The position numbers were made by a program, and so were the translations under genes. From contig JAXSNR010000001.1 in the NCBI GenBank assembly GCA_037925075.1, positions 352,001 through 416,000 of the forward strand: a stretch of DNA of 64,000 nt, read 5' to 3'. Below the pieces are notes generated by a model, which was not told the origin of the DNA, did no database searches, and was given only the letters and a program-made list of their open reading frames with translations. This DNA is from Aquificaceae bacterium (lineage in GTDB: Bacteria; Aquificota; Aquificia; Aquificales; Aquificaceae). Below are positions 40,137 through 50,323 of the stretch, piece after piece. The first letter of the stretch is position 1. Each line of letters opens with the position of its first letter.

Positions 40137-40858
40137 TTCCCTTTCTTGTGGTCTTCTTTGCTTGGTTTTTTCAGTCCATAACTGGCTTTGGTGCGGGTAT
40201 ATTCATAATAGGAATACTTTCGCTTTTTTACGACCCCAAAATGGTAGTTGTGTCTTCCGCCATATTCAACCTCTTTGGGACCTTGAGCCTTCTTTATCAA
40301 AACAGAAGGGGTAGCGTGGATTTAGGTATGCTTTTTTCTTTAATAGCCGGTTCAATACCTGGTATACTTCTGGGTGCCTATCTTCTTGACACAGTGGACA
40401 CAAAAACCTTAAAGATGATCATAGGCATCTTTATCCTCGCTCTTGGTTTTTACAACCTATTGGTTCAAAAGGGTCTTTTTAAGATAAGGCTTGCTAGACA
40501 GATGGGGCTTCCAGTGGGTTTTCTGGGTGGCCTTTTTGCAGGTCTTGTGGGTATGGGAGGACCACCTCCCCTTGTTTTCCTTAGCCAGCATCTTTCGGAC
40601 CCATCCTCCATAAGGCTCATGTTGAACCTGTATTTCACCTCCAACATAATAATAAGGCTTGGCTTTTACCAAGGCTTTGATCTGGTTTCTCTTGATTGGG
40701 GGTTTATAGCCACGGGGATTGGGGGGCTAATTTTTGGAACCTTAGCGGGGGGCATCTTAGCCCGGAGAGTCTCTTCAAGGGCGTATTCCTCTGGGGTCTC
40801 TTTTGCGGTGCTTTTGTTGGGTGTAATGCTTCTAATCATGGCAGAGCTTGACTTATAA
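40133..40858 (+). CDS. Sulfite exporter TauE/SafE family membrane protein
   Basis: Multi-TM; ITGFGAG and GMGGPP motifs. Confidence 0.85.
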   Translation: MIPFLVVFFAWFFQSITGFGAGIFIIGILSLFYDPKMVVVSSAIFNLFGTLSLLYQNRRGSVDLGMLFSLIAGSIPGILLGAYLLDTVDTKTLKMIIGIFILALGFYNLLVQKGLFKIRLARQMGLPVGFLGGLFAGLVGMGGPPPLVFLSQHLSDPSSIRLMLNLYFTSNIIIRLGFYQGFDLVSLDWGFIATGIGGLIFGTLAGGILARRVSSRAYSSGVSFAVLLLGVMLLIMAELDL

Positions 40859-41772
40859 TGATTTTGATGAAGGCAGGTTATGTAGCAATAGTTGGAAAGC
40901 CTAATGTGGGAAAGTCCACCCTGCTTAACCAGATACTGGGTACAAAGGTCTCCATCATCTCACCAAAGCCCGGAACCACACGCATCAGGGTGCTTGGTGT
41001 AAAAAACATACCCGGAGAAGCTCAAATAGTGTTTTTGGACACCCCCGGAATATACAGGCCAAAGGACGCCCTCGGTGAGGCCATGGTGCAGATGGCTAGT
41101 AGCTCCCTTGAAGATGCGGACATAATCCTTTTCATGATAGACGCAGAGGATGGCTTTAGGGATGATGACAGACAGGTCTTTGAAAATTACCTTAAACCAA
41201 GGGCGGGCGAAAAGTACCTTTTTCTTGTTATAAACAAGGTGGACAAAGTGGGAGGTGTTGAAAAGCTTTTGCCCCTTGCGGAAGAGCTATCAAAGGACTA
41301 CCCCCAGATAAAGGAAATAATACCCATAAGTGCCCTAAAGGGATATAACATAGATGAACTTTTAAGGACCATAGTTAAATACCTGCGGGAAGGCGAGCCA
41401 CTCTTTCCAGAAGATATGATAACAGACCTACCCTTTAGGCTCATGGCGGCGGAGATAATAAGGGAGAAGGTTTTGCTAAAGGTCCATCAAGAAATCCCAC
41501 AAGGTGTGGCGGTGCTCGTGACAGATGTTTCCGAAGGGACGCATGACCCGAGCGTCCTTGTGGTAAAGGCGGAAATAATAGTGGATAGGGAAAACTACAA
41601 GCCCATAATCATAGGAAAGGGTGGGCAGAGGCTAAAGTCCATAGGGAAGATGGCAAGGGAAGAGCTGGAGCTGATAACCGGCAGGAAGGTATACCTTGAG
41701 CTTTTTGTAAGGGTAAAGCCCGACTGGAAGAAAAGGCCAGAGCTAGTCAAGAGTTTTGGATACACCCTCTGA
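40858..41772 (+). CDS. era: GTPase Era
   Basis: GKPNVGKSTL; DTPG; NKVD; KH domain IIIGKGG. Confidence 0.97.
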   Translation: MILMKAGYVAIVGKPNVGKSTLLNQILGTKVSIISPKPGTTRIRVLGVKNIPGEAQIVFLDTPGIYRPKDALGEAMVQMASSSLEDADIILFMIDAEDGFRDDDRQVFENYLKPRAGEKYLFLVINKVDKVGGVEKLLPLAEELSKDYPQIKEIIPISALKGYNIDELLRTIVKYLREGEPLFPEDMITDLPFRLMAAEIIREKVLLKVHQEIPQGVAVLVTDVSEGTHDPSVLVVKAEIIVDRENYKPIIIGKGGQRLKSIGKMAREELELITGRKVYLELFVRVKPDWKKRPELVKSFGYTL

Positions 41773-41919
41773 AAGCACTATAACCACATCCACCTTTCTT
41801 GGAAGATCCTTTTTAAGGTCCTCTTCTCTTTCCGCCTGAGCTACCACCAAGCCCTTCTTCAAAAGCCTGTCTGTTAGCCTCTTTGCCACCCTTTTGTCTT
41901 TTACATTTAACACCTTCAT
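41743..41919 (-). CDS. Small hypothetical protein (58 aa), not in the ORF track
   Basis: MKVLNVKDKRVAKRLTDRLLKKGLVVAQAEREEDLKKDLPRKVDVVIVLSEGVSKTLD; ATGA overlap with the DUF302 stop; fills the gap between genes. Confidence 0.65.
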   Translation of the reverse strand: MKVLNVKDKRVAKRLTDRLLKKGLVVAQAEREEDLKKDLPRKVDVVIVLSEGVSKTLD

Positions 41920-42296
41920 AGACTTTCCTCCATTATCTGTTCCATGAGGTCTTCCACTTCCTTGGCTATGTCCTCTAATTCCGGTCTTTCAAACATGGAA
42001 AGCATCTCAGTAGGGGCTATGGTGCTTAGCACCGTTTTGCCATCTTCCTCAAAAATTGCTATCCTACAGGGCATTGCGGTGGATATGTAGGGGTCTGCGG
42101 AGAGCACCTGACTGGCATGCCTTGGAGAGCAAACCTCAACTATTACACATCTGTAGCTTATAGGCACACCTTTGCTTTCCAACACCTTTGAAACCTCATG
42201 AACCGCCATAACTCCAAAGCCCTTTTCCTTTGCCTTTTCCTCAATGGCTTGTCTTACCTCATCAAGGCTCTTTTTGGTCTCATAGCTTATCAACAT
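41916..42296 (-). CDS. DUF302 domain protein
   Basis: GFGV..VH; VEVCSP; MPCRIAIFE; strong SD. Confidence 0.88.
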   Translation of the reverse strand: MLISYETKKSLDEVRQAIEEKAKEKGFGVMAVHEVSKVLESKGVPISYRCVIVEVCSPRHASQVLSADPYISTAMPCRIAIFEEDGKTVLSTIAPTEMLSMFERPELEDIAKEVEDLMEQIMEESL

Positions 42297-42359
42297 CTCC
42301 TTACCTCCTTTAAGAATAATATTACTTCCCCTGTGTTAAGATTTCATTAAGACTTTCGG

Positions 42360-43720
42360 TCAAAACCTCCCCAAAAGCTGTAAACTATAGAGATTCCTCT
42401 TGTAGGCATAATAATTTATCGTAGAAATATTCCTCATGTATGTGTAGCCCAGCAGTAAGGAAAAGTTCTTGTAGAAGGCGAAACTAACAAAGGGAGAGAG
42501 GCTTATGTAGACATCCCTTCTTTTTTTAGAAAGGCCTGATTTTCCTGAGTGTAGTTATAACCTTCAAGCGTACCTCTCATACCGATGGATAAATTCTTAA
42601 GCAATGCATAAGAAGACATGAGCTGTACGCCGGCGGAGAGGTTATCCCAGTTTTTGCCCTTTGCGTCTGTGTATTTTACAAAAAACTCGATGTTTGAATA
42701 GAGCTTATCCGAAAGATATTCGTATTGATGACCTCCCCTGAAAAAGTAGCCATCTCTGTTTTCAAAGTCAAAAGGCTGTGAAAGATAGTCCTGATAGCCA
42801 AGGCTTATATAAGGGGTGCCGTAGTTGCTTCTATAACCCAAACCTATCTGGCTTATGCTGGCATAAAAGTCCCCTCCTAAGGTTATATAATCGAACTTTG
42901 CAGGAAAAGAAAGAGTTCCAAGCCTCGGTTCAATCTCAAGGCTGTAATAGTTGATGTTATAGGAAGAGCCCTTTTCGTTGGAAGAAAGGTAAGCCCTTGC
43001 CCTTGTCTTTACGGAATCTCCATCGTATGAAGCGGATAGAGATGTAAAATACTTCCAAGTTTTTATCTTGGTTTCAAGCTCAAAGGCACCGAGAAGATTT
43101 GTATCGTACTCTGAACCAAGGGAGAGGTTTAGGTTTAGCCTTTTTCTATTTAGGTGGGAGTTTTTGAGGTTTTGACCATATATGTAGTACTCTGTGCCCT
43201 TTTGTATTGCTTCTACGCTTTTTTGCAATCTGTAGGTTTCGCCCTCCATTGAATATATCTGAGAGAGGTAAAACTGAGCTTCCGAGTAATGTTCAGAGGA
43301 GGGTTTTACCTTCAAAAGTGCATATTTTGCCTTTGTGTATTGACCTTCAAGCATATAGAGATGCCCTTTTGTAAATTGGTATGCATCCCCTTTATCTTTT
43401 ACCTTTTCAAGAAGACTCCAAGCCTTGTTTAAATCTCCATCCAATCCATACAAATACGCAAGCCTAAGCCTTAGTCTGTCGGATGGTATGAACTTAATGT
43501 CTTCCTCTACATGCTTTATAGCCTCCTTTGTCATACCCATCTTTAAAAGTAGGTATGACCTCAACAAGGACCTCTCTTCAGAAAGCCCTCTGGTTTTTAT
43601 AAGCTCTTCCAGCACCATGTGTGCCTCTTCGTATTCGCCTTCCTTTAGGTGCCTCTGCAAAAGCTCTTCGTTCGCAAAGGATGAAAGGTTTATGAGAAAA
43701 AGCACTGCCAAAAGCTTCAT
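42360..43720 (-). CDS. TPR + outer-membrane beta-barrel protein, interrupted by a -1 frameshift at an A7 tract (42521-42527)
   Basis: Own signal peptide MKLLAVLFLINLSSFA; TPR helices; YDTN barrel start; -1 frame continues RRDVYISLSPF...NLYSLQLLGRF* ending in Phe at 42360. Confidence 0.75.
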
Positions 43721-45616
43721 AAAGTTGAACCTTCTCAAAAACACAAACAAGGGCAAAAATAGCGTGAATATAAAAGACAGGTCCCTTGAATTGCCCATGC
43801 TACAACCTCCACTCTTTCTGTAATCTTCTGGTACCACCGCATAAACTAAGTTCTTTGTATCTACTTTACCGTTTATCACACCATCTCTATCAAGGATGCT
43901 ACCATCTTCTACCCTTATTTTCACAGACCTCCCTTCTATCTTGGAAAAGTCTGTTATATCAACGCAACCAGTATTTGTGCAAGCAAACACCTTTGCCCTT
44001 GGGTTCAGGTCTCTGTCGTAGGTTATGGTTAGGGTTGTGGAAAACTTCTCAGATTGCTTTGTAAGAAATGTGCCAACTCTTGAAGAGGGTGGCTCTATGC
44101 CGAGATGAATACCGCCAAACATGGGCACAAAGGTAGAAGGTGTAGGGCATTGAGCGGGTGGTACAAACTCCGCAGAGGTTATTTTTGCTTCATCCTGAGG
44201 CACTTGGACGTTTATGTTTATGTTTTCACCGTCAATGGTGATTGCTGGTATATTAGCGATATTTTCCGGGGGTGGGGGTGGTGGCGGGGGTGGTGGCGGG
44301 GGTTCTGGTGGTGGTATTATTATAGGACCTCCGCCTCCTCCACCACCAGAGGGTGGCGAGCTTGGATATATGGTGCTTATGGTTACAGAAAAATCATAGT
44401 TTGATGGCGTTGTGAGGGTTGTGAATGTTCCTGTATTTGATGTAGTACTTGTCGAAGAAGATGAAATAGATAAAGAGATAGTTTCGGTTGAAGCAGTATA
44501 AGGTGTGTATCCAGAAAAACCCGATATACCCGGTATGGCAAGGTTGTTGTCAGAAAAGGCTATGTAGGTTGAACCAGACCAAGTTAGTATATAGCCACCG
44601 GATATGGCAAAAGCTCCAAGACCGTAGCTTGGTGTTACCGTTTGGTAAGAAGCACCAGTTGATACATTAAGAGCAGTACCCACAGGTATAAAAACAGCCG
44701 TGGATGTGGATAAATCCATCCCGCTAACTATAAAACCTGTCCCTGTGCTGTTAGGATGTAGGTGGAGCGCATCTACGTTGTTTAGTTTTATACCACTGGC
44801 TGTTGTACCACTAACCTTAACCACACTGTAGGTTGAAGAAGAATCCCTTACTAAAAGAAAATCACCACCACTTAGACTCAAGGCGTCTTCCAAGTAAAAA
44901 TTACTTGCTGCGGTATAGTCCTGAATAGTCATATTACATGAAGAAGAGTTTATAGAGTACTGTCCTATTGTATTGGTACCGCTTACATCCCTGTGTCCAT
45001 AGGCAGTTATGGTTTCTGTTGCCGAAACCACACGACTTATTGAAAGCCCTGGAAGTGTATAAGAGCAACCGCTATATGTTGATAAATTGCTATCAAACCA
45101 TATAACAAAAGCACCTTGAATATTTCCACTACCACAATTTCCTGCACCTGTCATGTATATGTTGCTACCTATTACTTTTAAATCATCTATAGGAAGATAT
45201 GAATCGGTACACGGTATTTTCACAAGCGCACTAGTAGAGCCACTATCTCTGTCCACTTTTGCTATGTAGAAGCCTTCACCGCCTTTGCTACTTGCGAGTA
45301 TATATTCATTTGAGTATTCTACAACTTTTAACTCATTACCGGGTATTGCATAGACTTTTGACAATCTCAAAATACCATCGGAGTCAACTTTTATGATAAC
45401 TGGCGAGTTGGAACTCGTCCCATATATTACTACATTGCCACCACTATCCAAAAAGGTCCCATAAGGTGAAAATTGGTTTGCGGGTTGCACCTGTAAGATT
45501 GTTTGCGAAAGTGCCTTGGGTTTTAGGGTTTTTGATCTTGCATGCATTAGGACACCAAAGCCAAGTACAAGGACCACAAGTAGTAAAGGGATCAACTTGC
45601 TTTTCATTTCTTTCAT
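43721..45616 (-). CDS. Secreted Ser/Thr-rich surface protein with Pro/Gly linker, choice-of-anchor-U-like domain and GGC-type C-terminal sorting signal (N-terminal part of ORF 42503..45616)
   Basis: Signal/TM; beta-rich S/T domain; PPSGGGGGGG...PPPPPPPP; VEDGSILDRDGVINGKVD; SGGCSMG + TM + RR. No stop codon before the next module. Confidence 0.7.
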
Positions 45617-45637
45617 CTTAGATCCCTCCTATGTATA

Positions 45638-45666
45638 AGTATAACATCACAATATTAGCTTTACAA
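45638..45666 (-). promoter_or_regulatory. Sigma70 promoter TTGTAA-N17-TATACT (extended TG) for the surface-protein gene
   Basis: Hexamers with 17-nt spacing, followed by SD AGGAGG and ATG 45616. Confidence 0.6.
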
Positions 45667-45696
45667 CCCTTATACCTTTAACCCCTAAACTCTATA

Positions 45697-46779
45697 CTAA
45701 TCTCCATACTTTTCTTTTATCCTAATGACTTCATCAATATTTTCCACAAACAGGTCAAATATGTGTGGGTCTAAGTGCGTCCCAGCGATACCTCTCATGT
45801 ATTTCAAAGCTTCTTCTACACTCCATGCAGGCTTGTATGGGCGTTCGGAGGTTAAGGCGTCAAATATGTCCGCAATGGCGGTTATACGAGCTTCTGTACA
45901 TATATCTTGTCCCTTTTTACCGTAGGGATATCCTGTCCCGTCGTATTTTTCATGATGTTCTAAGGCTATACGCGCCGCCATCTGTAAGAGTTCACTACTA
46001 CTACCACTTAGTATCTCGTAGCCTATAATGGTATGCCTTTTCATTATTTCCCACTCCTCTGCGTCAAGCTTACCCTTTTTTAGCAGTACATTGTCTGGAA
46101 TACCTATCTTGCCTATATCGTGCATAGGTGCTGCTAGCTTTATGTTATAACAATAATTTTCATCAAAACCCATCTTTTGAGCAATAAAGCTTGAGATTAG
46201 ACCTATGCGAATAATGTGGTTGTATGTTTCTGGATCCTTGTATTCCGCAGCGTATGAGAGCCTTGTTATGGTTTCTTCGTATGCCTCACGCAATTTCTTA
46301 TGGAGCATACTGGCTTCAAGAGAATCAGAAGCATAAACTGACAAAAGCGTTAGAAATTCCACATCTTCCCTGTTAAAATCTCCTTTTAGCTTGTTTATTG
46401 CCTGAAAAACTCCAAAAACTTTGCCTTTACTATCTATAAGAGGAGAAGTAAGTATATTTTTAGTGTGATAGCCCGTACGCGAATCAACTTCTCTGTTGAA
46501 TTTTGGATGGGCGTATGCGTCGTTCACAATAAGAGGTTCTCCGGTTCTAAAGGATTCACCCACTATTCCTGTATCCGCATCCACCTCTATTCTTATACCA
46601 CCGTGGGCTACGATGGTATAAAGCTTATTTGATTTTTCATCGTACACGAAGAGGCTACATCGGTCAACGTCAAGCATACTTTTTGCAAGGTCAGCCAGCA
46701 TTGGTATTAGCTTTTCTGGATCCTTCTCCTTTGCTATATTTCCCGCAAAGCTCAACAGGGTTTTAACCTTATTATACAT
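45697..46779 (-). CDS. GAF + HD-GYP cyclic dinucleotide phosphodiesterase
   Basis: GAF (FNREVD..TGY.TKNIL, NKLKG.F); KDPETYNH; HDIGK; HHEKYDGTGYP; DIFDALTSERPYK. Confidence 0.93.
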   Translation of the reverse strand: MYNKVKTLLSFAGNIAKEKDPEKLIPMLADLAKSMLDVDRCSLFVYDEKSNKLYTIVAHGGIRIEVDADTGIVGESFRTGEPLIVNDAYAHPKFNREVDSRTGYHTKNILTSPLIDSKGKVFGVFQAINKLKGDFNREDVEFLTLLSVYASDSLEASMLHKKLREAYEETITRLSYAAEYKDPETYNHIIRIGLISSFIAQKMGFDENYCYNIKLAAPMHDIGKIGIPDNVLLKKGKLDAEEWEIMKRHTIIGYEILSGSSSELLQMAARIALEHHEKYDGTGYPYGKKGQDICTEARITAIADIFDALTSERPYKPAWSVEEALKYMRGIAGTHLDPHIFDLFVENIDEVIRIKEKYGD

Positions 46780-47464
46780 GGGCTATACTTCTCAAGTAAG
46801 ACCTTAGCCTGTTGGGATTTAGCTTTATCGTGTAAACTGTATCTTCCTTGCCCTCTTCTTGTATATTCTGCACGTTTTCTATCTTGACGATACCGGGCTT
46901 TGTAAGTACATTGAGCACCTTCTCCACTGTTGAAGGCTCCATGTTGTACTCTATTGAGAACTTTTTTATGTATAGTTGAACCGTTCCCTCTTCGGGAGTA
47001 TAGTATGGATTTTCTTCTAATTGTAGGTTTTCCAACAAATAAGTACCAATAACGTAAACAAGTTTTGATGTGGCAATGTTTGTTACCCTTTTATTAAGAT
47101 TATTCACCCTCTTGGAAAACTCCTTTAGCATAATGTAGGAGATTTCAGGCACCTTACTAACTACCTCTAAAAAGCTATCAGCTTCAAAAGCTATAGTAAC
47201 AACATTAGAAGATGCCCTTGCTGTTGCGGTTCTCTCACCCTCAAGAAACAATCCCATTTCACCTATTACGCTACCCGGACCAGCCAAGCCTACAAAAACA
47301 TCCTCACCGCTCGGGGTTTTTTTAAATACAGAAACATGCCCACTTACTACTACGTGAACTTGGTCAGCCTTTTCACCTTCCCTGTATATAATGTCACCCA
47401 TATTAAATTTCATCTCTTTACCCATATCCTTGATCTTGGCTATCATATCTTCTTTAAGCTCCAT
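46772..47464 (-). CDS. Cyclic nucleotide-binding (Crp-like) protein
   Basis: IGEMGL...RTATARA phosphate-binding cassette; divergent C-terminal wHTH-like part. Confidence 0.85.
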   Translation of the reverse strand: MELKEDMIAKIKDMGKEMKFNMGDIIYREGEKADQVHVVVSGHVSVFKKTPSGEDVFVGLAGPGSVIGEMGLFLEGERTATARASSNVVTIAFEADSFLEVVSKVPEISYIMLKEFSKRVNNLNKRVTNIATSKLVYVIGTYLLENLQLEENPYYTPEEGTVQLYIKKFSIEYNMEPSTVEKVLNVLTKPGIVKIENVQNIQEEGKEDTVYTIKLNPNRLRSYLRSIAHV

Positions 47465-47496
47465 GTACCACCTCCTCTACCTTATTAATATTAATT

Positions 47497-48285
47497 TTAA
47501 ACCCAAAGGGTCTTCTTTCCAACTAAGGGTATAACCTTTCTGTTCATGCTTTTAAGCTCATCCGCGATTTCTTCTTCGTAGGCGGGTTTAAGATGGACAG
47601 CGTAAATTTTCACATCCTTTCTTTTTAGGAAACTAAGGTCTTCTCTGAGGCTCTTGGGTGTATTGTGCAAGCTTACGTAAGCTATCTTGGAAAGATAAGA
47701 GGGAAAAGAGACATCCACCAAAACAAGTTTTATCTGGGTATCTTCTTGGACCATCTGCCACAGTCGTGGGTTCCTGTGTGTGTCTGAGGTGTACACAAAC
47801 CCTTTCTTATCCTTTTTAACTACAAGGCTTATGGTAGGAACCGTGTGGTTGCTCATAATGGGTAAAATAGAATACCCATCTATTTCTAATTCCTTCTCTG
47901 GGTGTATTTCTACATACTCTATTGCATACTCCTCGTTAAAAGGGAGTTTAAGCGAGCCAAACTCTGGCCATATGTCCCAGTTCATAATATTCCTTCTAAG
48001 GGATTCAAGGGTCTCCGGAAGGCCATAAACCTTTAAAGGTCTATCTCTCAAACCGTATGTGTAGTCTATTAAAAAGGGGATGTCCACTAAATGGTCTAAG
48101 TGTGAGTGGGTTATTATTATGTGGTAAATATTTAAAAGCTCTTCTCCTTTTAGGGCAAAGACATTGCCAGCATCTATAAGCAAACTGGGAGGAAGGTAAA
48201 GACACATGGTATGTCTCCCTTCTACCTTGCCCCCAGAACTGCCCAGTAATTTAAAAGTCCAGCTTTTACTTTTCTTTTGCCACAT
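47497..48285 (-). CDS. Metallo-beta-lactamase-fold cyclic nucleotide phosphodiesterase (class II-like)
   Basis: LGSSGG; IDAG; THSHLDH; NWDIWPEF; HTVP; TSDT; context next to a cyclase. Confidence 0.85.
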   Translation of the reverse strand: MWQKKSKSWTFKLLGSSGGKVEGRHTMCLYLPPSLLIDAGNVFALKGEELLNIYHIIITHSHLDHLVDIPFLIDYTYGLRDRPLKVYGLPETLESLRRNIMNWDIWPEFGSLKLPFNEEYAIEYVEIHPEKELEIDGYSILPIMSNHTVPTISLVVKKDKKGFVYTSDTHRNPRLWQMVQEDTQIKLVLVDVSFPSYLSKIAYVSLHNTPKSLREDLSFLKRKDVKIYAVHLKPAYEEEIADELKSMNRKVIPLVGKKTLWV

Positions 48286-50323
48286 AAACGCCCTCCCAAG
48301 AGATTGGTGGTTCCATTATCAAGCTTTTGCACCTCTCAAGCATGGTGCTCGAGGGTCTATCTTTATATGTTATAACAAGTTGTTCAAAACCTTTCATCGC
48401 CTCTTCAAAGTTTCCCTCAAAGTACTCTTCTAAACTTCCCTTGTAAAGTTCTGCCAATGATCTGTTTATCGGTGTATCTTCCATAAGTTCATAAAGTAGG
48501 ACGGGCTTTTTCTTCCCTTTAACCGCCACCTTGTCCAAGGGTCTTAGCAAGAATTTATCCATAACATACTCCGCGGTGTATTCGCTCAGTATAATATTGG
48601 TGCCATAAAGCTTGTTCAGCCCCTCAAGCCTAGAGGCCAAGTTTACCGTATCGCCTATTGCGGTGTAGTCAAACCGTAGATTAGAACCCATATTGCCAAC
48701 AATGGCATAGCCGGTGTTTATGCCCACGCCTATGTCTAAATTGAGCTTATACTCTTCCACAAAGATGGTATTTAACTCCCTTAATTTTTCAAGCATACGC
48801 AGTGCGGTTCTGCATGCCCTCATGGGGTGTTCCGGAAGGTCTATGGGTGCGTTGAAAACCGCCATAATGGCATCTCCTATGTACTTGTCAAGCATTCCTC
48901 CCTCTTCAAGGACTATGTATGTCATAGGTTCAAGGTACTTGTTAAGTACGGAGACGAGAACCTCCGGTTCCATGCTTTCCGACATGGTTGTAAAACCTCT
49001 TATGTCAGAAAAAAGCACCGTTATTTGTCTTCTTTCACCCCCAAGCCTAAGCCTTTCTGGGTTTTTTAGTATTATTTCCAAAAGCTGCGGAGAAACATAG
49101 CTTGAAAAAGCTTTCCTAAGTTCTGCAACCCGCCTTTCTGATGCGTAATAGAGATAGGCTTCAAGGCTTAGGTAGGAAAAACTGAGGGATAAAATTGGGT
49201 AGAAAAAGGGAACATATGTCTTAAGATACACAAAGCTGAGCAAAGGTATGGCTACAAAGATAAAAACAACTATAAAAAAGGCAATTGCCCTGCTTCTTAA
49301 CCTTTTTAGCTTTTTAAACAGGGGAAGAAGTAAGATAGGTGCGGGTACGGTCGCGTAAGCACTCCAAGAAAGGTCCTTTATGAGCTCACCTTTGAGAAGG
49401 TTAGAAAGAGCTATGTAGTGCAAGAAAACTCCCGGTGTTGATGAATCAATTGGCGTAGGCCTTATATCATATATGCCTATCTCGGTTGCACCAAAGAAGA
49501 CTATCTTTTTCTCCAGATTTACCCTACCCTTGAGAACATCCACCGCAGGGACCACCTTTACATCTGTAAGCTTGGGTAGGTTCAACAGCACATGGGAGTT
49601 TCTGGAGACGGGTATCTCCATCTGTCCAAAGCTTGCCCTTTGTACGCCTTTTTTTGAGAGAGTTAGCTCAAGGTCCTTGTTAGTATAAAGCCTGTAAACC
49701 TGAAAAGCCATAGAGGGGAAAAAGCTTCCTTGAAACATGTAGGCTATGGGGTAGGTCCTGTAAAGTCCGTCCGCATCCGGTTCTGAATTGAAGGGTGCCT
49801 GCATCAGAGCGGAGGTGGCAATAACGGGAATACTGACTTCTACAAAAGGGAACTCCCTTAAACCCACCTTCTGGTCAAGTTTTTTAACTCTCAAAAGCTC
49901 ACTATTTCTAAGATAATCAACCTGTTCTGTGGAGGTAGCCTGCGTAGCAACTCCTCTGAAAAAGAAACCAAGCACTACATTTCCGGAAAATTCTATAGCC
50001 CTTGCTAATTCTTGGTCTCCTTGAGAGGGTTCGGAGAACACCACATCAAAGGCAACAAGCTCTGCGGTAGACATTTTCTCTACGATCCTTGCCATGATCT
50101 CCCTGCTCCATGGCCACCTGCCCAGCTCGTTTACGCTCTTTTCATCCACCGCCACCACCATAAGGTCAGGGTGAGGTTTGTGTTGATTTCCAAGTATATG
50201 CTGGAGGTAGTATAAAATGTCTTCAAACCTCAGTCTTACCGCTTCCGCAAAAACAAAACGAAAGTGCAGCAAAGCTAATAGAAAAAGCACCAAAAACAGG
50301 TTGAAAATTACTACCTTACGCAA
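48266..50323 (-). CDS. CHASE2-domain class III adenylate cyclase
   Basis: GRWPWSR, FDVVFSEP, PGVFLH (CHASE2); 3 TM; FSDIRGFT, DKYIGDA, YTAIGDTVNLASRLE (Lys/Thr specificity pair typical of adenylyl cyclases). Confidence 0.93.
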   Translation of the reverse strand: MRKVVIFNLFLVLFLLALLHFRFVFAEAVRLRFEDILYYLQHILGNQHKPHPDLMVVAVDEKSVNELGRWPWSREIMARIVEKMSTAELVAFDVVFSEPSQGDQELARAIEFSGNVVLGFFFRGVATQATSTEQVDYLRNSELLRVKKLDQKVGLREFPFVEVSIPVIATSALMQAPFNSEPDADGLYRTYPIAYMFQGSFFPSMAFQVYRLYTNKDLELTLSKKGVQRASFGQMEIPVSRNSHVLLNLPKLTDVKVVPAVDVLKGRVNLEKKIVFFGATEIGIYDIRPTPIDSSTPGVFLHYIALSNLLKGELIKDLSWSAYATVPAPILLLPLFKKLKRLRSRAIAFFIVVFIFVAIPLLSFVYLKTYVPFFYPILSLSFSYLSLEAYLYYASERRVAELRKAFSSYVSPQLLEIILKNPERLRLGGERRQITVLFSDIRGFTTMSESMEPEVLVSVLNKYLEPMTYIVLEEGGMLDKYIGDAIMAVFNAPIDLPEHPMRACRTALRMLEKLRELNTIFVEEYKLNLDIGVGINTGYAIVGNMGSNLRFDYTAIGDTVNLASRLEGLNKLYGTNIILSEYTAEYVMDKFLLRPLDKVAVKGKKKPVLLYELMEDTPINRSLAELYKGSLEEYFEGNFEEAMKGFEQLVITYKDRPSSTMLERCKSLIMEPPISWEGVYVAKEK

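Noticed and set aside
44260..44350. GGT/GGC-rich microsatellite or G4
   Set aside because: Explained by the poly-Pro/poly-Gly linker codons of the surface protein.
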